Source: an uncultured Planctomycetota bacterium (GTDB lineage: Bacteria; Planctomycetota; Planctomycetia; Isosphaerales; Isosphaeraceae). From it: a stretch of DNA of 64,000 nt. Below, one piece after another: positions 21,401 to 29,777 of the stretch. The position numbers and the translations under genes are program-made. The notes under the pieces are model-generated. The model did not search any database and was not told the origin of the DNA. It was given only the letters and a program-made list of their open reading frames with translations. The stretch covers positions 2,400,001-2,464,000 of the forward strand of contig CAVTTN010000002.1 of the NCBI GenBank assembly GCA_963737655.1, read 5' to 3'. The number at the start of each line of letters is the position of its first letter. Position 1 is the stretch's first letter.

Positions 21401-24400
21401 AACGCCCAGGCGCCGATGTCGATCGACCCCAACGGCCTGCTCGCCGCCGACCCGCTCCGCCCGCTCAAGTCGGGCAACCCGTTCTTCCGCGGCAACGTCT
21501 TCCTCCGCAACGACCTCAACGGCCTGGAGGTCCTGCCGAGGTTCCAGGGCGTGACCGGCTACAACCCCAATCTGCGGGTGGACTCGGTCTGGGACGACAC
21601 CGACCTGACCTACATCCTCCGCGGCACGATCAGCCTGGCGGGCGCCGAAATCCGCAACATGTACCCCACGCCGGACTCCACCCAGTTCACCGACGAGCTG
21701 AAGCCGGCGATCACCCTGACGATCGAGTCCAGCCTGCCCGGGACGCTCCTGGCCAACGGCCAGACCATCGGCCTGCCCGGCGAGTCGAACATCGTCAAGC
21801 TCCTGAACACCACGGCGCCGGTGGGCGACGGCGTCAACGGCGGCCAGGGGATCACCTCCGACGAGCAGGGCGGGGCCGGGTTCCTCGTCGGCGTGGACGA
21901 CACGGTCGACCCGCCGGCCGACCCCTTGACCGACCCCGGCTTCTTCAGCCAGATCCGCATCCTCGGCATCGGCGGCAACGCGACGACCGGCCAGCAGAGG
22001 GTGCCGGTGATCATCACCTCGCTCCACGACAACACCGTGGGGAGGACCGTCCGGGGCGTGGACCAGTACGCCGCCATGTTCGGCAACTCCACCGCCCCGG
22101 CCGCGGGCGACGGCGGCGTGATCGAGTTCGGCGCCAACTCGCTGTCGGACTACAACCTGCTCGACCCCCGGGACGGCAGCCTGATCGACAACGCCGACAT
22201 CAAGTACATCACCCGGGTCGAGCAGCAGGGCGGCGGCTGGGTCTACACCAACACGGGGAACAACCGGGTCGACAAGATCGGCAACACGCCCGCCACTCAG
22301 TTCAACACGGCCAAGGCGATGACGATCTCCGACTCGAACTTCTCGAACTTCAGCCAGGTCGGGTTCATCGCCCACCCCTCCGGCGCCACCCAGATCGACC
22401 TGCTGGCCGCGCCGGTGGGCACCTTCCAGCTCCCGGCCCGGGATACGATCCTCCACGGCCAGCCGACGCTCACCTACTTCGTCAACGACACGTTCTCGAA
22501 CATGCCGGTGGGCGTGAGGATCAACGCCGACGGCGGCGCGGACCTCAACGGCCAGACGCCCTCCGAGGCCGTCTTCCTCAACAACACGTTCTACAACGAC
22601 CCGGTGTCCGTCCACCTCGACGCGCCGATCGCCACCGGGCTGAACAACTTCTCGCATAACAACGTCCTGTTCATGGACAACATCTTCGCCAACTCCTCGA
22701 CCGCGGCGATCCAGATCGTCGGCCAGGACTACGGCAGCCAGGGCCAGTACAACTTCTTCAGCGGGGACACCACCGACGTCTCGCTGACCAGCGACTCCGG
22801 CTTCTCCAACAACGAGCCGGTCACCGGCAACCCCGCGTTCCTCGACGCGGCCAACGGCAACTTCCAGCTCCTGCCCAACTCCGACGCGATCGACGCCTCG
22901 AGGTCGGAGCTCGGGCCGACGAACCTCGGCCTGTCGCTCCTGCCGATCGCCGACCAGCAGCTCAACTCCACCGGGGGCGTCCGCAACGCCACCGGCCGGA
23001 CGAACTTCTCCGGCGGCCTCCGCGACGTCTCCAAGCCCGGCGACATCGTCACCCTGCCCGGCTATCCGCTCCACTTCAACGACGGGGCCGGCAACTTCTA
23101 CGACCAGTGGGTCCCGGCCATCGCCGGGACGCCCGGCGCCATCCCCGGGCCGACGACCAACGCCGGCGGCGTGTTCAGCTACACCCCGATCACCGGCGAG
23201 CGCGACCAGGCCGGCTACCTCCGCGTCGACGACCCGAACGTGGCCAACGTCGGGTTCGGCAGCCGGCCGTTCTTCGACATCGGGGCGTATGAATACGTCC
23301 AGCTCAACCCGCCCCACATCACCAACGTGATCGCCACCCTGCCCAACCCGGCCGTCCCGGGCGGCGAGGCCGACACCCTGATCTACACCGCCGGCCAGGT
23401 CCTCGGCACGAACCAGACGCCCGACCAGCTCGTGCTCTTCTTCGACCAGAGGCTGGACCCGACGACCGTCAACAACATGACGATCCTGCTCCAGGCCTCC
23501 GGCGGCGACGGGATCTTCGACAACGGCAACGACAAGTTCATCTCGCTCTCGGGCAAGCTGGTCTACGACCCGGTGGCCAAGACGATCACCATCAACCTGG
23601 CCAGCAGCAACCTGACCCTGGCCAACGACACCTATCGCCTGATCGTCTACGGCTCGGGCTCCAACGTGATCCGCAATCCCCAGGGCCTCGCCCTGGACGG
23701 CGAGAACACCGTCGGCGACCAGCCGAACCAGCCGACCCTGCCGCTGCCCTCCGGCGACGGCTTCCCCGGCGGCAACTTCTTCCTGACCTTCACGGTGGAC
23801 AATCATCCCCCGGCGATCGTCGGGGGGACGTTCAACCTCGCCCCGTCCAGCGATACCGGCATCGGCGGCGACCGGATCACCGACCAGAACCGCCCGAACT
23901 TCGTCGGCCGGATCACCGACGTCGCCCCGCCGGTCAACCCCCTGCTGAACGAGACGGTGTATATCGACGTCTCGACCAAGGGGAACGGCGTCTTCGACCG
24001 CCTCGGCGTGGCCGTGGGCAAGACCGACGCCCTCGGCAACTTCATCGCCACCTACGTGCCGGGCCAGGCCCCCCTGCCCGACTCGGCCTATAGCGTCGGG
24101 CCCGACGGCATCCTCGGCACGGCCGACGACTCGGGGTACTCCGTGGCCCGGGTCCGCATCGTGGACCAGAGCGGCAACGTCTCCAGCCTCAGCGACGCCA
24201 ACGCCCTGCTGTCGTTCGTCGTCGATACGACCGGCCCGAGGGTCACCGGCAGCTCTCCCCTGCCGAACTCCCAGCCGCCGGTGACCGCCGGGACGATCCC
24301 GGTGGCCCTGGTCGTCAGCGAGAACATCAACCCGGCGACCTTCACGGCGCAGTCGGTCAAGGTGACCCGCTCCGGGCCCGACGGGGTCCTCGGCACGGCC

Positions 24401-26140
24401 GACGACGTCTCGGTGGCCGTCGATCCGGCGAGCTTCTCGATCGAGAACCTGCACTCGACCAGCGGCTCGGAGATCCTCCACTTCAACATCATCGGGGCCA
24501 CGGCCAGCGACCTCTACCAGGTCACCCTCCTGGGCACCGGCACCTCCGCGGTCCAGGACATCGCCGGCAACGACCTCGACGGCGAGTTCGGCGGGACGTT
24601 CCCCAGCGGCAACGGCACGCCGGGCGGGGACTTCAACCTCACGTTCATCGTCTACAACCCGGCCAGCACCCACCTGATCTTCGTCGGCCAGACCGCGACC
24701 ACGCCGACGGCCACCCCGGGCACCCGCGCCAACCCGTACCCGACGATCACCGCCGGCATGAACGCCGCCAACCCCGGCGACATCGTGGCCGTCCTGCCCG
24801 GCGTGTACACCGAGAACGTGACCCTGAAGTCGCTCGTCCGCCTGCTCTCGGCCGACAACTCCAGCACCGACTCCCATTTCGTCCCCGGCCTGGCCCTGCA
24901 GACCGTCATCCGCGCCCCGGCCAACAACGGGGCGCCGACCACGACGGTGACCGGGACGAACCTCTACAGCATCCCGGCCCTCTCGACCGAGATCGCCGGC
25001 TTCACCATCGCCAGCCCGCTCAACGGCGACACCGCCCACGGCCCGATCCTCGACGGCTCGGTCGGCCTGCTCCTGAGCAACTCCGACGTCCTGGTGGACA
25101 AGAACTACTTCGTCGACAGCTACATCGGCGCGGGCGTGGGCTTCAACGGGGCCAACGCCGCGGCCCCTCGCTTCGAGAGCGACGGGTTCATCGGCAACAT
25201 CACGGGCCTGGTCGTCAACGCCGGGGCCACCACGTCGTTCCGCAACAACCAGGACGTGGAGATCGCCAACAACGACTTCGCGTTCAACACGTACGGCTAC
25301 TTCCAGATCACCACGGCGACGACCGGGCCGATCCTGGCCGACGTCGTCAACAACATCTTCTGGCAGAACGCCGACCGCTCGGGATTCCGCAACGGCACGG
25401 CGATCCTCACCAACGTCCCGGGCCGGATGACGGTCCAGTACAACCTGTTCTCCGGCAACGGCCCGAGCGATTCCAGCCCGGCCGACGACACGGTGAACGT
25501 GGGCGGCGGGTTCGACCCGACGGTGCTGGGCACCACGCCCGACGCCTTCGGCAACATCACCGGGGCCCCGGCCTTCGCCCTGCCCGTGGACCCCAGGCCC
25601 GACGGCGACGGCCCCGGCAACTTCTTCCTCGCCGCCAACTACGACCTGACCGCCTCCTCGGCGGCCATCGACGAGGCCCTGAACGCGGACGCACCGATCG
25701 TGGACTTCCGCTATCGAGGCCGGATCGCCATCCCGGGCCACGGCCGCACGGGCACCGGCCCGGCGGACATCGGGGCGTTCGAGTACCTCGGCACCTACGG
25801 CGTCGGCTCCGGGACGGCCTTCAATGCCAGCTCGGTCCGGGTGATCGGCCCTCCGGGCGTGCCCAACCAGTCGGCCTCGTCCGGCTCGTCCTCGTCCGGC
25901 GGGACGACCAGCTCGGGCGGGACCGGGACGACCAGCGGCGCGGGCACGACCTCCGGCGGGACGACCAGCTCGGGCGGGACCACCACGGCCGGGGGACGAG
26001 GGCCGACCACGACGACCTCGCCCACCACGACAACCCCCAAGGTGGGCAAGAAGAAGGCCAAGGTGGTCAAGCACAAGGTCGCCAAGAAGAAGCCCAGCGG
26101 ACCCCTCGGCCTGATCAGCAAGTTCCACAAGAAGCACTGA
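15452..26140 (+). CDS. Giant (3562 aa) secreted S8/S53-like subtilase-fold protease with Ig-like and beta-helix adhesin modules
   Basis: LEPLENRRLLA export motif; VGVLSDS, DEGRAMLEEVHDIAPGA, SAAGN and FFGTSAATP; repeated GNxLDGEF...SGNG..GG.F modules; PYPTI...PGVYTEN; DIGAYEY/DIGAFEY; S/T/G linker and Lys/His-rich tail. Strong GC3 bias in this frame. Confidence 0.93.
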   Translation: MGSFNDKGRDRRSPRRRGPNDRDRRRQALPILEPLENRRLLAAPGYGPPTWVPTTTNIADVKNGPLAKAGQDLISLYQEYQTYLANDGVAGQFHSKQAGRLEIQGTNVGVDVNVYGDLNAYALAAARLGMKIGAIDTATGIVEGVVPIAQLPALVNVAGTVGVAPIYMPFTHSVGSATDQGEAVMQANTAKTTYGVDGTGQTVGVLSDSVSQVGGGIADSVKTGDLPAGVTVLQDGPAGSTDEGRAMLEEVHDIAPGAKLQFTTADGGEVAFANGIRSLASAGSTIIADDIGYPTEPFFQDGVVSQAVDQVAAQNITYLSAAGNTADSGYQSVFRGANGTVTGVGSGRFMNFDPNGGTALTIGINVYRPSQITFMYDNPFYTTNGVTSDLDIYVLDANNNVVASGTTNNIATQTPFEILQPVQPGLYKVAIKVNAGSPDVGRVAFYEPGDGGFSVDHQYGFAGGTNYPTTNGHPTANGALGIGAVPWFNAPPFDTLPSYSNEPFSSFGPSEIVFSPTGAPLGTTQVRQKPDVSGPDGIDTSFFPVPAAQNTLSTLNPPFPQSSAPPYPGEPATVTGEQATTTELDGNALPNFFGTSAATPNVAGVVALMRQFSPSTTNADISSALKSTTIPLDGTPAGSWGAQSGYGLVQATRAIAALDTFHVTATDPPNLYAETSAPSQIVFAFNGAVDPGTLQPGDLTFLGTPAGVTVTVGQPYLDPANNNVVHFPLTYNIAAGAKANGGYYYQLNAKSITSAANKSVALYSGAFGIADTIAPKVTNVTINGRYINIQFSEAMNPATINKTDIYLERTGSSGVFGSPTNVNLNLDPRAIVAYNAATNTAVLDLSQLDQSELPTDHYALIVTDATTDVVGNRLDGEFSGLFPSGNGVEGGNFVDDLGVRTLTPPQILSLQLAPAYDSGIKGDQNTNNQLPAFVGQVQANFPGTAGGLTVVAEFNALHQGTFDLAQGAGGRGFTGNFDVQVTTDAQGRFAFVAPTALPNGFQTVRVVVVGASDSPPLPGLSSLLENSFRIVTNSPLITTDGSSIQQGQKVPTLTNVTLDVLDPVLPSDLGNPLAVPTQFSVPALDPATADNISNYSLVNLGSDNAIGGTTSDTADKDYSSYITSANFVTTGQRTATNDPFLGQINLTFAPGLPAGRYLVIAHRPQPGYQGITDAAGNQIDADLNTPGAQDFVLVVDVNPTPAYITGFYAVTPDSLGGAPTLTGPKSYYEIPVPGNTPRAVAPPNQFYIDFSSPLNTAADYTNDVELIRSANSPTAASDGDFGTDPTYTSGVGYTRVPGVTVTLVNSILGATFGTPGYKNRLVVSIAPGTSLPADHYRFFIPNAVLSNGQDTRIFDQFGNQLDGEFLGTPSISGNGTYEDLLPTGQYRPDDLSGDGTPGGSFETGFIVVPNGNIIYARPDYVDDPFLTSDDPDGSLAHPYPVLAPEAVANAANGGDLNSVANFGTGFNSVYDRSGNGHFDRSALYAADVLSAKGPVVVVALPALNDKSKTFVLQAPSGSNPVANDGSATVPFNTDLVFAPGSVLKLSNAALFVQNQGSSIQVIGGPNPADQVVFTSYADDSVGGDTNGDGADSSPLGGDWGGIVLRNFDDTSNGGRPIPEAPGPVDPLRNHLGVSGEDDALSYFNFAQVKYAGGAVPQTIGFRFDAITNFNSRPAISNIVISQTGGTNSPQGAISGDVDSFREDNLARGILVRRATLINNSLNGIYVRAELTGVAEPTDAMTYPDNPITLGGQQNYSFFAPVPYVLVARLVLGETLQQDTNGKTVANTDRYYFQPGTVFKFQRGAGIDVNNPGASLNIGDRTYINEFDANPNLAPTDAGFKAPTVGDAQVVFTSLFDDNATTSYTDPNTGVASTIVAPIDTDNGGAVNLPTPGNVPALARWGGIAIISGAISVIDEADFRYGGGSVNSANGTIPQRDVLDFEQPGGGQLTGTGAGGQIGLTLFGQQIIKALGTTAYTTNNTFEDNAQAPMSIDPNGLLAADPLRPLKSGNPFFRGNVFLRNDLNGLEVLPRFQGVTGYNPNLRVDSVWDDTDLTYILRGTISLAGAEIRNMYPTPDSTQFTDELKPAITLTIESSLPGTLLANGQTIGLPGESNIVKLLNTTAPVGDGVNGGQGITSDEQGGAGFLVGVDDTVDPPADPLTDPGFFSQIRILGIGGNATTGQQRVPVIITSLHDNTVGRTVRGVDQYAAMFGNSTAPAAGDGGVIEFGANSLSDYNLLDPRDGSLIDNADIKYITRVEQQGGGWVYTNTGNNRVDKIGNTPATQFNTAKAMTISDSNFSNFSQVGFIAHPSGATQIDLLAAPVGTFQLPARDTILHGQPTLTYFVNDTFSNMPVGVRINADGGADLNGQTPSEAVFLNNTFYNDPVSVHLDAPIATGLNNFSHNNVLFMDNIFANSSTAAIQIVGQDYGSQGQYNFFSGDTTDVSLTSDSGFSNNEPVTGNPAFLDAANGNFQLLPNSDAIDASRSELGPTNLGLSLLPIADQQLNSTGGVRNATGRTNFSGGLRDVSKPGDIVTLPGYPLHFNDGAGNFYDQWVPAIAGTPGAIPGPTTNAGGVFSYTPITGERDQAGYLRVDDPNVANVGFGSRPFFDIGAYEYVQLNPPHITNVIATLPNPAVPGGEADTLIYTAGQVLGTNQTPDQLVLFFDQRLDPTTVNNMTILLQASGGDGIFDNGNDKFISLSGKLVYDPVAKTITINLASSNLTLANDTYRLIVYGSGSNVIRNPQGLALDGENTVGDQPNQPTLPLPSGDGFPGGNFFLTFTVDNHPPAIVGGTFNLAPSSDTGIGGDRITDQNRPNFVGRITDVAPPVNPLLNETVYIDVSTKGNGVFDRLGVAVGKTDALGNFIATYVPGQAPLPDSAYSVGPDGILGTADDSGYSVARVRIVDQSGNVSSLSDANALLSFVVDTTGPRVTGSSPLPNSQPPVTAGTIPVALVVSENINPATFTAQSVKVTRSGPDGVLGTADDVSVAVDPASFSIENLHSTSGSEILHFNIIGATASDLYQVTLLGTGTSAVQDIAGNDLDGEFGGTFPSGNGTPGGDFNLTFIVYNPASTHLIFVGQTATTPTATPGTRANPYPTITAGMNAANPGDIVAVLPGVYTENVTLKSLVRLLSADNSSTDSHFVPGLALQTVIRAPANNGAPTTTVTGTNLYSIPALSTEIAGFTIASPLNGDTAHGPILDGSVGLLLSNSDVLVDKNYFVDSYIGAGVGFNGANAAAPRFESDGFIGNITGLVVNAGATTSFRNNQDVEIANNDFAFNTYGYFQITTATTGPILADVVNNIFWQNADRSGFRNGTAILTNVPGRMTVQYNLFSGNGPSDSSPADDTVNVGGGFDPTVLGTTPDAFGNITGAPAFALPVDPRPDGDGPGNFFLAANYDLTASSAAIDEALNADAPIVDFRYRGRIAIPGHGRTGTGPADIGAFEYLGTYGVGSGTAFNASSVRVIGPPGVPNQSASSGSSSSGGTTSSGGTGTTSGAGTTSGGTTSSGGTTTAGGRGPTTTTSPTTTTPKVGKKKAKVVKHKVAKKKPSGPLGLISKFHKKH

Positions 26141-26170
26141 GGCCCCCGGCCTCGGTGATCCGATCCGAGC

Positions 26171-26226
26171 CGGCCTTCCGGGGCGGCCTTTCCCAGACCG
26201 GGGAAGGCCGCCCCGGGCCGTTTTGT
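26171..26226 (+). terminator. Probable intrinsic terminator after the giant protease gene
   Basis: GC-rich stem CCGGGGCGGCCTTTCCC / GGGGAAGGCCGCCCCGG followed by TTTTGT. Confidence 0.7.
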
Positions 26227-26326
26227 CGGGCGGGTAGCGAGGCCCGGATCGCCCGGGTAGGATGGCCAGGGCCCCCGAACGGGCCCTCTCGCCGACTCCC
26301 GGGCGAACGTCCAGGACGATTCCGAA

Positions 26327-27279
26327 ATGAACACGATCGATTACATCTATCGATTCGATCCCAAGAACCCGAGCATGAAGCCGCCGCCCCCCGATGCCGA
26401 GGCGGCCCGCAAGACCCTGGAGGCGGGCAACCGGATGTTCTCCCGGTGGATGGAGTCGTGCCGGACCGGCACCTTCTCCCAGGGCGAGCCGAGGTACGTG
26501 GTCCAGTGCAACGGCCTGGAAGTCGGCATGAACCGCACTCATGGATCGGTCCCCAAGCAGTCGCCGTTCGCCGTGGTGGTCGGATGCTCCGATGCCCGGG
26601 TCCCCACCGAGATGCTCTTTGGCCAGGGGTTCAATGACCTGTTCGTGATCCGGGTGGCCGGCAACGTGATGGGCGACGTCTGCCAGGGATCGATCGACTT
26701 CGCCCTGAACGCCCTGAGCGAGAGCGTGAAGGTCGTGGTGATGCTCGGCCACAGCGGATGCGGGGCCGTCACCGCGGCCGTCGATTCGTACCTGATGCCC
26801 CTGAAGTTCTGGTCCAAGTCCACCACGCCGATGCTCCGGAACATCCAGGAGAAGATCTTCGTCGCCGTCCGCGAGGCGGCCAACGGGATCGAGGACGCCT
26901 GGGGGCCGAGGCGCGAGAGGTTCCAGGTTACCGCGATGTCCTGATCGATGTCGGCGTGGCCGTGAATGCGGCCCAGGCGGCCTTCGACCTCCGGCAGGAA
27001 GTCGAGAGGGCGGCGAAGTGGGAGATCGAGGTCCTCCACGGCGTCTTCAACCTCCACAATCACCAGGTCAGCATGCCGCCCAACCCGATGGCCCCGGTCG
27101 CCGACGAGAACGTCCGCCTCGAGTACGCGCCGACCAATCCGCGAGACTTCCGGGCCCTGGCCGTCCGGATGGCCGAGATGCTCCGGCCCGAGTCGATCGG
27201 AGGGGCGCCGGCGGTCCCGATCTCCCCGCTCGCGCCCTCGCCCGAGCGAGTCCCGGCCAATGGTCCGGCGACGGGTTGA
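26327..27279 (+). pseudogene. Beta-class carbonic anhydrase, split by a 1-nt frameshift near 26905 (possibly a sequence error)
   Basis: GCSDARVP, FVIRVAGN and LGHSGCGAV zinc motifs in 26327..26944. The continuation EAREVPGY...VNAAQAA...HGVFNL lies in ORF 26758..27279. Confidence 0.85.
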
Positions 27280-27360
27280 GGGCGTCCTCGGAGTGCGGAG
27301 CGCGGAGTGCGGATTCGGAGAGGGAGACGGAGACGGTGGGCGGGTTTCTCCCGCCTCTTG

Positions 27361-27382
27361 TTGGTGCATTTCATGCACCCTA
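27361..27382. repeat. Single REP-like unit (TTGGTGCATTTCATGCACCCTA)
   Basis: Reverse complement of the unit at 39091 and 53992. Preceded by CGGAG(T/C)G heptamer tandem repeats at 27289-27309. Confidence 0.75.
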
Positions 27383-27395
27383 AATTGGGGTTCCC

Positions 27396-28463
27396 ATGAG
27401 CGTCGAGGCGAGCGGTTCGGGGGCGGTGGGTCGTCCTCGGTGGCGAGGGACCCTGGGCTGGGTCTGGACCGCTTTTGGTCCGTTCCTGGGCCTGGTCCTG
27501 ATCTCCGGCCTCTTCATCGGGCTGACCCGCGACTCCGGGACGTTCCTCACCGCGTATACCTGGCGGACGATCGCCGTTCAGACGGTCGTCGTGGGGATCG
27601 CCGCGCTGGGGATGACGGCCGTGATGATCTCCGGGGGGATCGATCTGTCGGTCGGTTCGGTCGTGGCGCTGGTCACGGTGATCGTGGCCTCGGCCGCCTC
27701 GGGCTTCGACCTGATGTTGCCGTTTCGCTCGGCGCCGGTCCATGTTCCGGCGATCCCGGTGGTGCTGGCGATGCTCGTGGGGGTGATGGCCGGCGGGCTT
27801 TGCGGGTTGATGAACGGCGGGCTGATCACCCGGTTGGGGGTGGTGCCGTTCATCATCACTCTGGGTAGCCTGAAGGTCTTCCGCGGGATGGCGAAATGGC
27901 TGTCGGGGAGCACGCAAGTGTATGTGCCCGAGGCCGTGAAGCCGCGATGGATGGAGGGCGTACTCGCCGCCCAGCCCGATCCCCGGTGGCTGGTCGTCGC
28001 CCCGGGGGTCTGGGTCTTGCTCGGTTTGAGCGTTTTGCTCGCCTTGACCCTCAAATACAGCGTCCTGGGCCGTTATCTCTATGCGGTCGGTTCGAGCGAG
28101 CCGACGGCCCGGCTGTGCGGGATCGACGTGCCGGGCGTGAAGCTCGCGGTGTACGGCCTGGCGGGACTGGCCACGGGTTTGGCGGGCGTCATGCAGTTCC
28201 TGTTCATGAACGGCGAAGGGGACCCCGTGGCGGCCGACGGCCTGGAGCTCCAGGTGATCGCCGCCGTGGTGATCGGCGGGGGGAGCCTCTCGGGGGGCGA
28301 GGGCACGGTGCTCGGCACCCTGATCGGCTGCCTGATCATGAGCGTCCTGAACAGCGGATGCACCCAGGCCGGGATCTCCAACGCGAGCCAGGACGTCATG
28401 ATCGGGGCCATCATCGTCGCGGCCGTGGCCCTGGACGGCCTCCGCAGACGCCGTCGGGCCTGA
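27396..28463 (+). CDS. Sugar ABC transporter permease (RbsC-like)
   Basis: GGIDLSVGS, PFIITLG, GRYLYAVGSSEPTARLCGI and ELQVIAAVVIGG.SLSGG.G. Confidence 0.93.
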   Translation: MSVEASGSGAVGRPRWRGTLGWVWTAFGPFLGLVLISGLFIGLTRDSGTFLTAYTWRTIAVQTVVVGIAALGMTAVMISGGIDLSVGSVVALVTVIVASAASGFDLMLPFRSAPVHVPAIPVVLAMLVGVMAGGLCGLMNGGLITRLGVVPFIITLGSLKVFRGMAKWLSGSTQVYVPEAVKPRWMEGVLAAQPDPRWLVVAPGVWVLLGLSVLLALTLKYSVLGRYLYAVGSSEPTARLCGIDVPGVKLAVYGLAGLATGLAGVMQFLFMNGEGDPVAADGLELQVIAAVVIGGGSLSGGEGTVLGTLIGCLIMSVLNSGCTQAGISNASQDVMIGAIIVAAVALDGLRRRRRA

Positions 28464-28510
28464 CCGCCCGTTTCGAAACCTAGTTCCGTCCGGTCCCGGG
28501 AGCCATCGCC

Positions 28511-29250
28511 GTGAGAACGCCTCGATTCGCCCTGCTCGGCAGCCTCTTCCTCTCGCTCGGGAGTCTCCCCGTGAACGCACAGGACAAGCCCGAGGCCCGG
28601 ACGATCAGCGTGACCGGGACGGCCAGGGTCTCGGCGGCTCCGAACGTGGCGGAGGTCCACGCCGGCGTCGTCACCCACGGGACCACGGCCCGCGAGGCCC
28701 TGTCGGCCAACAACGAGAAGATGACGGCCCTTCACAATGCCCTGAAGGAGCGAGGGGTCGCCGCCAAGGACATCGAGACCACGCAGTTGAATATCACCCC
28801 CCAATACACCCAGCCTCCGGCGTACCAGCCCGGGCGCCTCCCCGGGAGTTCACGCCGAAGATCATCGGCTACCAGGTCAGCAACACGGTCGAGATCACCG
28901 GGAGGGACCTGGCGAAGCTCGGGCCCTTGCTGGATTCCGTGGTGGACGCCGGGGCCAACCAGATGCACGGCATCAGCTTCCGGATCGAGGGGGCCGAGTC
29001 GCTCCTGAACGACGCGAGGAAGCGCGCCATGGCCGACGCCCGAGCCAAGGCCGAGCTCCTGGCCGGAGAGGCCGGGATGGTCGTCGGCCATCCGATCACG
29101 ATCCGCGAAGAGGGGACGCCGACGGCGAGCAAGCCGATGATGGTCGGCTTCCGGGCCGCCGCGATGACGCCCAACGTCCCGGTCTCGCCCGGAGAGCAGG
29201 AGCTGGCGGTGTCGGTGTACGTGGTCTACGAGCTGAAGACCCCGAAGTGA
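28511..29250 (+). pseudogene. SIMPL (DUF541) periplasmic protein, split by a frameshift near 28840 (possibly a sequence error)
   Basis: Signal peptide with RTISVTGTARVSAAPN. A second frame continues IIGYQVSNTVEI...GANQMHGISF...AMADARAKAE...PGEQELAVSV. Confidence 0.85.
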
Positions 29251-29382
29251 GGCGCCGGCGGAAGAGTGAAGTCCCGGAGGGCCGGCTCCGAATGAAGAAG
29301 AAGGGCGGGCCGGGCCCCTCGGGGAGCCGGCCCGCCCGCTGGACCGTTCCCCCCGACCGAGGCCGCACGGAGGCCCCTCGCC

Positions 29383-29682
29383 ATGGCCGTCCCCCACGAT
29401 CCCCCGACGATCGACATGATCCGCTGGACCTTCTCCGTCGATCCCCGGCGCCGACCGAGCATCGAGGCCCACCTCGCCGACCTCGGCCTGGACGTGTTCG
29501 TCCAGGGCGAGGGGCAATTCCACGTCTCCTGGGACGAGCCCGACCGCGACATGGACGAGCTGATCGTCGAGCTCTGGGACCTCGCCGGAAGCCCGTTCGA
29601 GATCACCCAGGAAGAGTTCCACCGGGTCAGCCTCTCGCTCCTCCAGCACCACGACGACGAGGCCGACGCCGTCGCGGCGTGA
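29383..29682 (+). CDS. Small acidic hypothetical protein
   Basis: 99-aa ORF with GGAGG RBS and host-like codon bias. Confidence 0.7.
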   Translation: MAVPHDPPTIDMIRWTFSVDPRRRPSIEAHLADLGLDVFVQGEGQFHVSWDEPDRDMDELIVELWDLAGSPFEITQEEFHRVSLSLLQHHDDEADAVAA

Positions 29683-29686
29683 CGTC

Positions 29687-29777
29687 GGTAGGGGATGCAG
29701 AATCGAAAAATGATGTCAGATCAATTTTCGCGGCGAAAATTGATCTGACATCATTTTTCGATTCTGCATCCCCTACC
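29687..29777. repeat. Perfect 91-bp palindrome (45-bp arms, 1-nt centre), GTAG-ended and AT-rich
   Basis: 29687-29731 is the exact reverse complement of 29733-29777. Lies between convergent genes. Confidence 0.95.

Noticed and set aside
14810..26752. 3980-aa antisense ORF opposite the giant protease
   Set aside because: Shadow frame. Strong GC3 bias in the real gene removes stops on the opposite strand, and the translation is V/G/R/D-rich with no motifs.
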